DNA of 64,000 nt, from the IMG/VR virus record IMGVR_UViG_3300032322_001517, positions 1-64,000 of that record, one strand, 5' to 3'. Positions 27,438 to 37,452 of this stretch are shown here, piece by piece. The translations under genes and the position numbers were made by a program. The notes under the pieces are model-generated. The model was given only the letters and a program-made list of their open reading frames with translations. It was not told the DNA's origin and made no database searches. How positions within the stretch are numbered: the stretch's first letter is position 1; each line of letters starts with the position of its first letter. This DNA is from a virus.

Positions 27438-27713
27438 ATGATTTTTAGTCGTGATGATATTCTTAAGGATCTAAGAAAAACAGTTATGGAAGTTCATTTC
27501 ACAAAGGTGAATGGTGAGAACAGAATTATGCATTGTAGTTTGATGCCTGAACTGTTGCCTGAAACATATGCAAATGATATTACTGAGGAAAAGGATTTCC
27601 ATCAAAAGAATGATGAAGTTATAGCTGCTTGGGATATTCAGAATCGAGGATGGCGTTCATTCCGCGTTGATTCTGTTATGTATCTCCAAGATATCACACA
27701 CAAATACTTTTAG
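27438..27713 (+). CDS. DUF2693/WYL-like SH3-fold protein
   Basis: VHFTKVNGE.R.M.CSL...WD...GWRSFR. Confidence 0.8.
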   Translation: MIFSRDDILKDLRKTVMEVHFTKVNGENRIMHCSLMPELLPETYANDITEEKDFHQKNDEVIAAWDIQNRGWRSFRVDSVMYLQDITHKYF

Positions 27714-27729
27714 TTGGAGGATAAATCAA

Positions 27730-28095
27730 ATGGCATATTGGGGTTATCATCTTCTTTTAGATTGCGCAGAATTAGATCATAATGCAATCGATTCTTATGA
27801 AACTATCTACGCTTTCACCAAGCGACTAGTTAAAGACATTGATATGGTTGCTTATGGCGAACCGCAGATTGTAAATTTTGGATCTGGCAATAAGGCTGGA
27901 TATACTTTGGTTCAGTTGATCGAAACTTCAAACATCGTGGCGCATTTCGTACCTGATGATGGTATGGGTGGTAATGCTATGTATCTTGATGTTTTTTCAT
28001 GTAAAGAATATGATGATCAGATTGTCATTCAACTGGTTAAAGAATACTTCGGCGCGAAATATGTACGTCCAAACTATCTTACAAGGCAGGCTTAA
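27730..28095 (+). CDS. speD: S-adenosylmethionine decarboxylase-like (pyruvoyl) protein
   Basis: WGYHLLLD, QLIETSNI.AH, YLDVFSCK. Confidence 0.78.
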   Translation: MAYWGYHLLLDCAELDHNAIDSYETIYAFTKRLVKDIDMVAYGEPQIVNFGSGNKAGYTLVQLIETSNIVAHFVPDDGMGGNAMYLDVFSCKEYDDQIVIQLVKEYFGAKYVRPNYLTRQA

Positions 28096-28499
28096 TGATT
28101 ATCGGTTTTACATGTAGTGCTTTTGATCTTCTACATCCTGGGCACATCGCGATGCTAAGAGAATGTAAAGATTATTGCGATTATTTGATTGTTGGGTTAC
28201 ACACTGATCCTAGTATTGATAGACCGAATGAAAAGAGTAAGCCAACTCAAACTGTTTATGAAAGATATGTTCAACTCAAAGGTTGTACGTATGTGGATGA
28301 AATTGTCCCATATGAAACTGAATATGATCTCATCAATCTTCTTGCCATTGAAAATTTTAATATCAGATTTGTTGGCGAAGAATATTCCGATACATATTTG
28401 ACTGGCCAGGATATTTGCGAAAGCCGAAATATCAAGATAATGTATAACTCTCGTAAGCATAAATATAGTTCTACAGAGTTGAGGAGTAGATTGAAATGA
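28095..28499 (+). CDS. Cytidylyltransferase-superfamily nucleotidyltransferase (TagD/HldC-like)
   Basis: FDLLHPGH motif, YSSTELR. Confidence 0.88.
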   Translation: MIIGFTCSAFDLLHPGHIAMLRECKDYCDYLIVGLHTDPSIDRPNEKSKPTQTVYERYVQLKGCTYVDEIVPYETEYDLINLLAIENFNIRFVGEEYSDTYLTGQDICESRNIKIMYNSRKHKYSSTELRSRLK

Positions 28500-29077
28500 G
28501 TTTTAGTGATAAATTTTTTAATGAAGTTGTTGACATTGCCAATGCGCTCGATAAAAATAAGGTAGAAAAATTAGTTGACAACTTACACCGAGTCAGAGAA
28601 AATCAGGGACGCGTATTTGTATTGGGAATTGGTGGTTCTGCTGGCAATGCTTCACACATGGTCAATGACTTTCGGAAGCTTTGCGGGATCGAAACATACG
28701 CACCTACTGATAATGTGTCAGAGCTTACTGCTAGAACAAATGATGAAGGTTTTGACACCATCTTTGAAGAATATCTCAAAGTCAGTAAGTTCAGCTCAAG
28801 AGATGCCATCTTCGTTCTATCCGTTGGAGGTGGCGACAAAAACAAAAATGTGTCCGTAGCTCTAATCAAAGCTATCGATTATACTAAATCTGTCAATGGT
28901 ACAGTGCTTGGTATTGTTGGCAAGGCAGATGGATATGCAGCTCAACAAGGTTGCGTAGTAGTTGTTCCTCCTCTAGAGCCTTCTAGAATTACTCCTCACA
29001 GCGAGGCATTCCAAGCAGTAGTTTGGCACTCTATTGTTTCTAATCCAAAACTTCAAATTAATAAGACAAAATGGTAA
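28496..29077 (+). CDS. gmhA: Phosphoheptose isomerase (SIS)
   Basis: GIGGSAGNASH, LTARTND, LSVGGG. Confidence 0.85.
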   Translation: MSFSDKFFNEVVDIANALDKNKVEKLVDNLHRVRENQGRVFVLGIGGSAGNASHMVNDFRKLCGIETYAPTDNVSELTARTNDEGFDTIFEEYLKVSKFSSRDAIFVLSVGGGDKNKNVSVALIKAIDYTKSVNGTVLGIVGKADGYAAQQGCVVVVPPLEPSRITPHSEAFQAVVWHSIVSNPKLQINKTKW

Positions 29078-29610
29078 AAAAAGCTGTATTTTTTGACCGA
29101 GATGGAGTTTTAAATTATCTTGTAGATCATGATGGTATTAAAACTGCCCCATGGTCTCTTGAAGAATTTAAATTTGTTGATGGTGCAAAAGATGCGGTTG
29201 CTTTAGTTAAGTCTGTAGGCTATACTACTCTGGTGGTAACCAATCAGCCTGACGTAAACGATGGGAAGTTAAAAGCCAACGACCTACAATTTATGACTAG
29301 GATGGTTAAAACCTGGCTTGGTATAGACGATGTTTACTGTGCTTACGAAAGAAACACCAAATACTACAAGCCCAACAATGGTATGATAGAATTTTTCATA
29401 TCTAAATACAATATATCTCGCAGCAAAAGTTTTTTAGTAGGTGATCGTTGGAAAGATATTGTTGCTGGAAAAAAGAGCGAACTAACAACAATATACATTG
29501 GTGATGAATATACTGCCCCAGAAGAATATTCAGATATCAAGCCAGATTATATTGTGAATAATGTACTACAAGCATGTGTTTTAATTATGGAGCTTGACAA
29601 TTATGACTGA
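29071..29610 (+). CDS. gmhB: D,D-heptose 1,7-bisphosphate phosphatase (HAD)
   Basis: FFDRDGVLN, VTNQ, KPNNGM, VGDRWKD. Confidence 0.88.
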   Translation: MVKKAVFFDRDGVLNYLVDHDGIKTAPWSLEEFKFVDGAKDAVALVKSVGYTTLVVTNQPDVNDGKLKANDLQFMTRMVKTWLGIDDVYCAYERNTKYYKPNNGMIEFFISKYNISRSKSFLVGDRWKDIVAGKKSELTTIYIGDEYTAPEEYSDIKPDYIVNNVLQACVLIMELDNYD

Positions 29611-30325
29611 TATTTATGCAGATGGCGCTGACTATAATGGTATTATGGAAGCTGCTAAAAATCCCCTCGTCAAAGGGTTTACGACCAATCCCACTCTTAT
29701 GCGCGCAGCTGGTGTAACTGACTACGAACAGTTTGCTCGCAAAGTTATCAATGAATTGATGCAGATTCGCCCAGAAACTAACATCAGCCTTGAAGTATTT
29801 GCTGATGAACCTAGTGAGATGTTTCGTCAGGCTAAGATTATTTCTAGTTGGGCTGATGAATATGATTATCAAGTTTATGTTAAGATCCCTGTAATGAATA
29901 CTAAGGGTGAAAACAACTATGGTTTGATTCAGGATCTCAACAAAGAAGGTGTGCACTTAAACGTAACAGCTGTGTTCACTTCAGGGCAATCAGTTGCCAT
30001 TCTCAATTCCCTCAAGCGCAGGTTCCCTACAATCATTTCAGTTTTCGCAGGTAGAATTGCTGACACCTGTCGTGATCCTGAAAAGTATGTCAAGGAATGC
30101 ATGTCTTTCCGTAAGCCTGGCGAAGATCATGTAAAGTTCCTTTGGGCTTCTTGCCGTGAAGTATTCAACTACGTTCAAGCTCAGCGTTGCGAATGTGATA
30201 TTATTACAATGACACATGATCAGATCAAGAAGCTTTCGCTTTCTGGTAAGAGACTTCACGATTATTCGCGTGAAACAGTAGAAATGTTCTATAATGATGC
30301 ACTCAAGTCGGGGTATAATATCTAA
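29603..30325 (+). CDS. tal: Transaldolase
   Basis: GFTTNPTL, ISLEVFAD, VKIP Schiff-base Lys, SVFAGRIAD. Confidence 0.9.
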   Translation: MTDIYADGADYNGIMEAAKNPLVKGFTTNPTLMRAAGVTDYEQFARKVINELMQIRPETNISLEVFADEPSEMFRQAKIISSWADEYDYQVYVKIPVMNTKGENNYGLIQDLNKEGVHLNVTAVFTSGQSVAILNSLKRRFPTIISVFAGRIADTCRDPEKYVKECMSFRKPGEDHVKFLWASCREVFNYVQAQRCECDIITMTHDQIKKLSLSGKRLHDYSRETVEMFYNDALKSGYNI

Positions 30326-31332
30326 TGGTTGGTTTTGAAGAGAATGAAGTTTCCGTTAACGCTAATGGTGGAACGGAAATCGCAAAGAGAAAGTTGGCAG
30401 AGTTAATTGATCCTAAGCTGCTTGATAACTTTCAGATTATCTGTTCTAGGCAGAGGAATTACAATCCAGAAAAGATTAGAGTTTTTTGGTGTCACGATTT
30501 GCCCGAAGATCCTGAGTCTTCAAAGTTTAGGGACACTGAATTTCAGAGGAACATCCACAAGTATATTTTTATTTCAAATTGGCAATGGCAGCGTTACCAG
30601 CTGTTCCACAATGTAAAGTATGATGCTAAGTCCGATGTTATCGAGTCTGGTATTCAACCAGCTCCAGAGTCAGCTCTTATTAAGCCAGACGATGGTAAGA
30701 TTCATATTGCTTATACATCTACTCCTCAGAGAGGATTAGAAATTCTTTTGCCAGTGTTTAACTTCTTGGCTCAGAAGTATCCTAACATTCATCTTCATGT
30801 ATTTTCTAGCTTTAAGATTTATGGTTGGGAAGATGCTGATAAGAATTACGAAAACATGTACAATGAAATTCGTAACCATCCTCAGATGACTTATCATGGG
30901 TTTGTTCCTAACGATGAACTCAAGGAATCGCTAAACAAGTTCCATATTTTTGCATACCCATCTATCTGGCTTGAAACCAGCTGTCGTGCTATGCTTGAAG
31001 CTATGTCTGCTGGTTTGGTTTGTGTTCATCCTAACTTCGGTGCACTCGCAGAAACCTCTGGTGGGTTGAACATTATGTATCGTGGTGACTTTGATGACAA
31101 GCAACATCACTGCAACATTTTTGTTCAGCATCTTGACAGAGCTATTCAGCTTGTTCAAAGTCAGCAGCATAATAATCTAATTGCTTTTAACAAGGCATTT
31201 GTTGATAGGCGTTATCACATTGATAAGATTGTTAATCAGTGGGAAGTTATGATGGATGATATGCTCCATAAGTATCCTACGATTGAATCCCGTAATCCTC
31301 CCAAGCCTATGTTTGTTTATAAGACAATCTAA
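30325..31332 (+). CDS. Glycosyltransferase (GT-B, GT4-like)
   Basis: GGTE, YTSTPQRGL, YPSIWLETSCRAMLEAM. Confidence 0.88.
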   Translation: MVGFEENEVSVNANGGTEIAKRKLAELIDPKLLDNFQIICSRQRNYNPEKIRVFWCHDLPEDPESSKFRDTEFQRNIHKYIFISNWQWQRYQLFHNVKYDAKSDVIESGIQPAPESALIKPDDGKIHIAYTSTPQRGLEILLPVFNFLAQKYPNIHLHVFSSFKIYGWEDADKNYENMYNEIRNHPQMTYHGFVPNDELKESLNKFHIFAYPSIWLETSCRAMLEAMSAGLVCVHPNFGALAETSGGLNIMYRGDFDDKQHHCNIFVQHLDRAIQLVQSQQHNNLIAFNKAFVDRRYHIDKIVNQWEVMMDDMLHKYPTIESRNPPKPMFVYKTI

Positions 31333-32324
31333 TGCTCATTTCAAAAACACCTCTTAGAATTAGTTTCTTTAGCGGTGGTAGTGACATGCCATCCTTCTAT
31401 AAAAAGGAGGATGGCGCAGCTTTGTCCGCTACCATTGACAAGTACATCTATGTAATCGCACATAAGACGCCTCACTTGGGTGTTAGAATTATGTATGATT
31501 CAGTCGAAGAGTTTTCTGATGTAGAACAGATGCATCATTTAATTACAAAGGAAACTCTTAAATACTACAACGTCAGTAAAGAAATTACACTTGCTTCTAT
31601 ATCAGATATCCTTTCGAAGGGTTCTGGTTTGGGTTCTTCTTCTGCATTTACAGTAGGATTAATCAATGCAATCGCCAGTTACAAATGGGAGATAGCTTCT
31701 AAGAGATATCTTGCAGATATGGCTTGTGTTATTGAAATGGAAAAGTGCGGCTATCCTGTAGGCAAACAGGATCAATATGCAGCTGCATTTGGCGGATTCA
31801 ATTTATTTGAATTTCATAAGAACGAAGAAGTTTCCGTTCATAATTTGATTATCGATAAGAATCACATTTATGGTTTAGAAAACAAACTTCTTCTGGTGTA
31901 CAGTGGCAGAGGCAGATCAGCTAATGCTATTCTTCAGAAGCAGCAGTCTGCTATGAGCGACAAGGATAAGTTTAATCTTGTAAAAAGAAGTCGTAATAAA
32001 GCATATACAGGCAGAGATTATCTTGTTAAAGGTCAACTTGATGATTTCGGCAACCTGCTACACGAGGCTTGGATGGATAAGAAAGGCGTCGTGAGTGAAA
32101 TATCTCAAGACTATTTCGATGTGGTATATGATAAAGCAATGAAAGCTGGTGCTCTTGGAGGTAAACTTTTAGGAGCTGGTGGTGGTGGATTCTTTTTGTT
32201 CTATGTTCCTGAAGAGAACAGAGAAAATGTTATCGAAGAAATAACAACTGGCACAGAATGCAAGGTTTATGATTTTAAGTTTTCTGGACATGGAAGTCGA
32301 ATCACAACGAGCATGATAGACTAA
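31332..32324 (+). CDS. hddA: D-glycero-alpha-D-manno-heptose 7-phosphate kinase (GHMP)
   Basis: TPLRISF.SGGSD, GSGLGSSS, GKQDQY, GGKLLGAGGGG. Confidence 0.9.
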   Translation: MLISKTPLRISFFSGGSDMPSFYKKEDGAALSATIDKYIYVIAHKTPHLGVRIMYDSVEEFSDVEQMHHLITKETLKYYNVSKEITLASISDILSKGSGLGSSSAFTVGLINAIASYKWEIASKRYLADMACVIEMEKCGYPVGKQDQYAAAFGGFNLFEFHKNEEVSVHNLIIDKNHIYGLENKLLLVYSGRGRSANAILQKQQSAMSDKDKFNLVKRSRNKAYTGRDYLVKGQLDDFGNLLHEAWMDKKGVVSEISQDYFDVVYDKAMKAGALGGKLLGAGGGGFFLFYVPEENRENVIEEITTGTECKVYDFKFSGHGSRITTSMID

Positions 32325-32334
32325 ATAAAAGATA

Positions 32335-32363
32335 TTGACATTAAATCATAATCGATTTAATAT
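32335..32363 (+). promoter_or_regulatory. Early sigma70-like promoter
   Basis: TTGACA-N17-TAATAT. Confidence 0.6.
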
Positions 32364-32388
32364 ATGTTATGGAACAATGGATCAGTAA

Positions 32389-32769
32389 ATGGATAATAGT
32401 AACAATATAATATCTTTTCCTAGACCATACATTGGACCAAAAAACGAGTTAGACTCTGCTGAAATAGCTCGTAATTTAGAAATGATGAAACACTATCACA
32501 TTCAAGAAACGATTGCTAATATCACACCAATTGTTTTCGCGCAGTTAGAAGTAGCTGGCTTCGATATATCTGATGAAGATACATTCGATGTGAAGGATGG
32601 TGCGTTTTTGGTAGAATCATTGAGGTCTATGTTATGTAAATACTATGGTATGTATCATCCATTCCAGCAAATATCAGAGAATGTTTTCTTCCCAGATAAA
32701 GAAGAAATTGGCGCTCTGAAAATTGCTGACTCTATAAATCTCAATCTTAAAAAGAGTGAAACCAACTAA
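32389..32769 (+). CDS. Hypothetical protein
   Basis: Conserved position upstream of rnh; NIISFP..HPFQ. Confidence 0.6.
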   Translation: MDNSNNIISFPRPYIGPKNELDSAEIARNLEMMKHYHIQETIANITPIVFAQLEVAGFDISDEDTFDVKDGAFLVESLRSMLCKYYGMYHPFQQISENVFFPDKEEIGALKIADSINLNLKKSETN

Positions 32770-32779
32770 CAGGTGATTT

Positions 32780-33652
32780 GTGATTATTGTAGACTTGAAC
32801 CAAGTGATGCTTTCTAATTTGTTGATGTCTCTCGGTAAGCATACTAATGCTTCAATCGAAGAAAATATGGTTCGACATATGGTGCTAAACTCTCTGCGTT
32901 CTTATCGCGTAAAGTTTGGCGAAGAGTACGGCGAGCTTGTTATCGCTTGCGATAACACCAACTACTGGCGCCGTCAGCTATTCCCTTATTACAAGGCTAA
33001 TCGCAAGAAGAACCAGGAAGCTTCTGAGCTTGATTGGAAAGCTATCTTCGAATGTCTCAACAAGATCCGTCAAGAACTGAAGGATTACTTCCCTTATCGA
33101 GTTATTGATATTGAATCAGCAGAAGCTGATGATATTATCGGTACACTTGTTAAGGAATTTGGCACAGGCGAAGAGGTAATGTTTGGCCTCGACGAAAAGA
33201 TCCTTATCCTTTCTGGTGATAAGGATTTTATCCAACTTCATGTTTATAAGAATGTGAAGCAGTATGATCCTACTCGTAAGAAGTGGGTTTCCCATACGGA
33301 CCCAGATAAGTATCTATATGAACATATCCTTAAAGGAGATGCGGGCGATGGCGTTCCTAACGTACTTTCTTCTGACAATTGTTTTGTTGTTGGGGTACGC
33401 CAGAAACCACTAACTCAAAAGAAAATAGATTCTCTTGAGGAACTTGGTTTGGATGGTAAGTTTGACCACCCATTGTATCGCAATTATATGCGCAACAAGC
33501 AGTTGATCGATCTTAGGCATACACCGAAACAAATTTGTGAAAAGGTTATGGAGTCCTTCAAAAATCAAGAAGGCAAGGACCGTTCTAAGCTAATGAATTA
33601 TTTTATTACTAATAAGCTTCGTAATTTAACAGAACATATTGGAGAATTTTAA
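32780..33652 (+). CDS. rnh: T4-type RNase H (5'-3' exonuclease)
   Basis: IIVDLNQ, YWRR..FPYYKANRKK, EADDII, SGDKDF, GDAGDGVPN. Confidence 0.95.
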   Translation: MIIVDLNQVMLSNLLMSLGKHTNASIEENMVRHMVLNSLRSYRVKFGEEYGELVIACDNTNYWRRQLFPYYKANRKKNQEASELDWKAIFECLNKIRQELKDYFPYRVIDIESAEADDIIGTLVKEFGTGEEVMFGLDEKILILSGDKDFIQLHVYKNVKQYDPTRKKWVSHTDPDKYLYEHILKGDAGDGVPNVLSSDNCFVVGVRQKPLTQKKIDSLEELGLDGKFDHPLYRNYMRNKQLIDLRHTPKQICEKVMESFKNQEGKDRSKLMNYFITNKLRNLTEHIGEF

Positions 33653-34104
33653 TGGCTGTTTCTGTAGCACATTTTCTAGATAAAGTAGGTAAACTGAAGA
33701 GAACGCAAGAAAAGATCGATGCTCTCAAGTTCAATGACAGTTATGTTTTGCGCATAGCACTTCAGGGAATTTATGATCCAAACATTAAGTTTGATCTGCC
33801 TGAAGGCACTCCCCCATTCAAGCCAAATGAACTTGTAGATCAAGAGCATGTTTTCATCAGCGATGCTAGATACATCACATACTTTATCAAAGAAATGCAT
33901 CCAGATATTTTACCTATGAAGCGGGAATCTCTCTTCATCGAGTTTCTAGAAAGGTTGGATCCAAGAGATGCTAACCTTGTAATTCAGATGAAGGAAAAGA
34001 AGCCCATCAAAGGTATTACGCTTCAGCATGTTGTTGAAGCATTGCCAGGATTGATTCCTGGAGTTGAGCCTACGAAACAGGAACTAGAGGAGCAAAATGT
34101 CTAA
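33652..34104 (+). CDS. Conserved T4-like hypothetical protein
   Basis: FDLPEGTPPF...KRE.LFIE.LE.L. Confidence 0.7.
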   Translation: MAVSVAHFLDKVGKLKRTQEKIDALKFNDSYVLRIALQGIYDPNIKFDLPEGTPPFKPNELVDQEHVFISDARYITYFIKEMHPDILPMKRESLFIEFLERLDPRDANLVIQMKEKKPIKGITLQHVVEALPGLIPGVEPTKQELEEQNV

Positions 34105-34327
34105 AAACGGTTTCAAAAAGTTTAAGAAGAACGACTATTCTTATGAAGACGAGGAGTATGAAGATAAGCCTCGTTCTCATTATCTAGATCGAAAAAAGGA
34201 ACGTAGAATAGAAAGAGCTCTACGCACCAAGGATATTTCTATTCTAACGGAAGAAGAGTACGAGGATCTAGAAACTTTGGACCATTGGTCTCAAGAAGAT
34301 TATAAAAACTCTATGAGAGGGCAATAA
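34097..34327 (+). CDS. Hypothetical protein
   Basis: GAGGAG RBS, coupled ORF. Confidence 0.55.
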   Translation: MSKNGFKKFKKNDYSYEDEEYEDKPRSHYLDRKKERRIERALRTKDISILTEEEYEDLETLDHWSQEDYKNSMRGQ

Positions 34328-34331
34328 TTTA

Positions 34332-34574
34332 ATGCCCACATATCGTTTTCTTAATAATGAAACAAGTGAGGAGTACGAGGAATTTATGAGCATATCAGCT
34401 CTAGATGTTTATCTTAAAGATAATCCTCATTTAACGCAACTCGTAAACGGTGCACCTCTAATCGCATCTGGCAGAGGAATGGGGAAGCCTGAACAAGGCT
34501 TCCGCGATCTTCTAAAAGAAATCAAAAAGAAAAACCAAAGAGGTATTTCAAGGAGCACCATTAATACTTTTTAA
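34332..34574 (+). CDS. Conserved T4-like FmdB-like protein
   Basis: MPTYRF..E...E..MSIS...YL..NP. Confidence 0.7.
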   Translation: MPTYRFLNNETSEEYEEFMSISALDVYLKDNPHLTQLVNGAPLIASGRGMGKPEQGFRDLLKEIKKKNQRGISRSTINTF

Positions 34575-34583
34575 AGGTTAATA

Positions 34584-35324
34584 ATGGAAGAGACAAAGAG
34601 ACTAACAAGAAAAGAAAAAAGAATTCTTCGTCAAAATGGAAAGGTAGTGCCTCAAGAAAAATTAAACTTTAATCTTAAACATTTTGAGCCATTAACAAAA
34701 AATCAAAGACTTTCTTTTGAAGCATATGATGCGGGTAAAAATCTTATGCTTCATGGAATCGCTGGTACAGGGAAGAGCTTCATCTCTATGTACCTTGCTT
34801 TAAAACAAGTTCTTACAGAAAACAGTCCCTTTAAGAAAGTTGTTATTGTTAGAAGTGTCGTTCCTACAAGAGACATGGGTTTCCTACCTGGAAATTCTAA
34901 AGAGAAGGCGAAGGTATACGAAGCACCTTACTACGCCATCTGTACAGAACTTTTCGGTAGAGGAGACGCGTATGAGTATCTCAAGTCGAAGGGTATTGTC
35001 GAGTTTATTAGCACATCTTTCATTAGGGGCATCACTCTTAATGATACTATCATTATCGTTGATGAAATGGCTAACATGACCCTTCACGAACTTGACTCTG
35101 TCATTACTCGAGTTGGTAAAAACTGCCGAATTATTTTTTGCGGCGACTTTAGACAGTCTGACTTCATTAAGAAGCAAGATAAAGATGGACTTATGGACTT
35201 CATGCGTATTATTGAGCGCATGAAGTCTTTTATTTTTGTGGACTTTATTGAACAAGATATCGTTAGAAGTTCCATGGTTAAGGACTATATTATTATGAAG
35301 GATAGATTAGGAATTGTCGCGTAA
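34584..35324 (+). CDS. phoH: PhoH-like ATPase
   Basis: GIAGTGKS, MGFLPG, FIRG.TL, IVDE, GDFRQSD. Confidence 0.95.
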   Translation: MEETKRLTRKEKRILRQNGKVVPQEKLNFNLKHFEPLTKNQRLSFEAYDAGKNLMLHGIAGTGKSFISMYLALKQVLTENSPFKKVVIVRSVVPTRDMGFLPGNSKEKAKVYEAPYYAICTELFGRGDAYEYLKSKGIVEFISTSFIRGITLNDTIIIVDEMANMTLHELDSVITRVGKNCRIIFCGDFRQSDFIKKQDKDGLMDFMRIIERMKSFIFVDFIEQDIVRSSMVKDYIIMKDRLGIVA

Positions 35325-35979
35325 AACATTCAAACATAGGTTCGTGCCTTTCGCCGAACTAACAACAGAAACGATCAACGGGCAGCGACATTACGTCCTG
35401 CCCGATGGCGTAACTAAGCTCAAGTCAGTGACCACTATCTTATCTGAAAAGATGGATAAAACTGCATTGTTGGAGTGGAAAAAGAGAGTTGGGCATGAAG
35501 AAGCACAAAAGATATCTACACAAGCAGCTCGTAGAGGAACAGCTATACATTCTATGGCTGAACGATATGTACTAAACGAACCTCAGTACATTAAAGAAAA
35601 CGAGATGCCTGTCAATGTGGATTCGTTCAAACCTATTCAAAAAGAACTGGATCTTCATGTAGACAACATCATGGGCATTGAGCTACCATTATATTCTAAG
35701 GCGCTCAAATGCGCTGGTAGGACTGATTTGGTAGCTGAATACGATGGTACTCTTTCGATTATTGATTTTAAAACAAGTAAAAGATTAAAGCAGCCTGAGT
35801 GGATCGAAAGCTATTTCTTGCAGTCCACCATATATTCTATGATGTTTGAATGGACATATAGAATAGCAGTGCCTCAGATCGTCATCATTATCTCTGTCGA
35901 TAATGAAATGACGCCCCAGGTGTTTAAGCTGGGGCGTTCTCAATTCGTCAACAGAGCGTTAGAAATTTTTACTGGATAA
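35314..35979 (+). CDS. PD-(D/E)xK exonuclease
   Basis: SVTTIL, RGTAIH, AGRTD, IIDFKTS, YFLQ. Confidence 0.88.
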   Translation: MSRKTFKHRFVPFAELTTETINGQRHYVLPDGVTKLKSVTTILSEKMDKTALLEWKKRVGHEEAQKISTQAARRGTAIHSMAERYVLNEPQYIKENEMPVNVDSFKPIQKELDLHVDNIMGIELPLYSKALKCAGRTDLVAEYDGTLSIIDFKTSKRLKQPEWIESYFLQSTIYSMMFEWTYRIAVPQIVIIISVDNEMTPQVFKLGRSQFVNRALEIFTG

Positions 35980-36627
35980 TATTTTATTTTTTTGTTCTAT
36001 AAATTTACGATAATCTATGTCAACAATTTTTTCTCGTATCAATACATTTGATACTAATGATACACGCTTTACTTCGCTTTGATTTGTTTCTGTACCATGT
36101 AACAACCAAGCAGGTATTACGATAGCTTGGCCGATTTTTGGTTTGTGTTGATAGATCATATTAGTTTGTCTGTCTTTGTTGACAAATTCACCTTTTCGTG
36201 GACCCATCCATCCTCTGTTTCCTCGAGGATCATATACGTCAAAGTCACCTGTTTTTGAATCAACATATACATAATATGTAATGGCTAACGTATTAGCGCC
36301 ATGTTCATGTGGACGTTGATGCTTTCCTGGCGGAATAGTTTTTAGCCAACCATGTACCAGTTCAAAATCTGATGGTTCGTAATTTGCATTATAATGATGG
36401 TTGACAAACTGTGCAGACATGTAAAGAAAGTAGTCGTACATTTTTTGTACGCCTATATTTTCTTTTCTTAAATTCCAGATTTGTTTCTCTTCGCTAAATC
36501 CCCATTGATTATTATCTGACAATGGTAAAATATGCTTGTTTATTTCTTCATATTCTGGAACTTCAAATACACTTAAAGGTGTAGGAAATAACTTATGATG
36601 AGTTGTATCCATTCTAAACCTTTTCAA
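35959..36627 (-). CDS. 2OG-Fe(II) oxygenase (TIGR02466-like)
   Basis: LFPTP, HEH, PAWLLHG, RVSLVSN. Confidence 0.85.
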   Translation of the reverse strand: MKRFRMDTTHHKLFPTPLSVFEVPEYEEINKHILPLSDNNQWGFSEEKQIWNLRKENIGVQKMYDYFLYMSAQFVNHHYNANYEPSDFELVHGWLKTIPPGKHQRPHEHGANTLAITYYVYVDSKTGDFDVYDPRGNRGWMGPRKGEFVNKDRQTNMIYQHKPKIGQAIVIPAWLLHGTETNQSEVKRVSLVSNVLIREKIVDIDYRKFIEQKNKILSSKNF

Positions 36628-36632
36628 GTCAA

Positions 36633-36716
36633 TGGCGGAGGGTAAAGGAATCGAACCATCAACCTTTCGGTGGCAGAGTTTTCAAGACTCGTTGAGCACC
36701 ATGCTCGCTACCCTCC
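36633..36716 (-). tRNA. tRNA-Ser(TGA)
   Basis: Cloverleaf with long variable arm, loop CTTGAAA, G73-CCA. Confidence 0.93.
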
Positions 36717-36720
36717 AAAT

Positions 36721-36796
36721 TGGCACCCCACCGAGGACTCGAACCCCGCTCGTCGGTTTTGGAGACCGATACATCGCCCCTGAATGCTTGTGGGAT
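36721..36796 (-). tRNA. tRNA-Trp(CCA)
   Basis: TCGGT-CTCCAAA-ACCGA, CCA end. Confidence 0.93.
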
Positions 36797-36810
36797 ATAC
36801 TATATTTATA

Positions 36811-36900
36811 TGGCGGAAGGTGAGAGATTCGAACTCTCGGTAGAGTTTACCCTACGTCTCGTTAGCAGTGAGGTGCCTTAAACCACTCGGCCAACCTTCC
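36811..36900 (-). tRNA. tRNA-Ser(GCT)
   Basis: Long variable arm, loop CTGCTAA. Confidence 0.94.
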
Positions 36901-36909
36901 GTGTTAAAA

Positions 36910-36987
36910 TGGTCTGCGTGGAGAGATTTGAACTCCCGTTATTCTTCGTCCCAAACGAAGTGCCATACCAGGCTAGGCGACACGCAG
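36910..36987 (-). tRNA. tRNA-Pro(TGG)
   Basis: CTTCG-TTTGGGA-CGAAG. Confidence 0.94.
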
Positions 36988-37452
36988 ATATTTTTTTAAA
37001 TATGCATCGATAATAGGTTGAACTTCATCTTTATATCTACTATGCACATATTGATGATGTGTAGGACACAAAGGTACAAGGTTCTCAGGTCTATTATCTT
37101 TCTTGTTCTCATTTACATGATGAGCCGCAACAATTTTACTTTCTTCACACACCAAACATTTTTTTCCGTGATGATAAAAACATGTCGATTGATACGACTC
37201 TTCTTTCCAATTACCATTATTTATGCCTGTTCTAAAATACTTATTGGAACATGAGTACGAACAAGTAGCACTTTTTTTACTGTGTATTTTTTTACAAACA
37301 GGACACTCTTTTTGATTTTGTGGATTAGATCTACAAGATCTTTCATGTTTGTTTATGTTTGCTAATGATGTTTCTTTAGCACAATGTACACATTTTCTTT
37401 TTTCGTTATTAGCTCTGTTTAAATTAGATAGAGAATTTTTGTTAACTTGCAT
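36973..37452 (-). CDS. HNH endonuclease (putative homing endonuclease)
   Basis: CLVC..AAHH..DNRPENLVPLCPTHH; multiple CxxC; TATAAATA at 37471-37478. Confidence 0.88.
   Translation of the reverse strand: MQVNKNSLSNLNRANNEKRKCVHCAKETSLANINKHERSCRSNPQNQKECPVCKKIHSKKSATCSYSCSNKYFRTGINNGNWKEESYQSTCFYHHGKKCLVCEESKIVAAHHVNENKKDNRPENLVPLCPTHHQYVHSRYKDEVQPIIDAYLKKYLRVA

Noticed and set aside
35314-35979. Cas4 as part of a CRISPR system
   Set aside because: It lacks the Fe-S cysteine set, and is the common T4-like PD-(D/E)xK exonuclease found after phoH.
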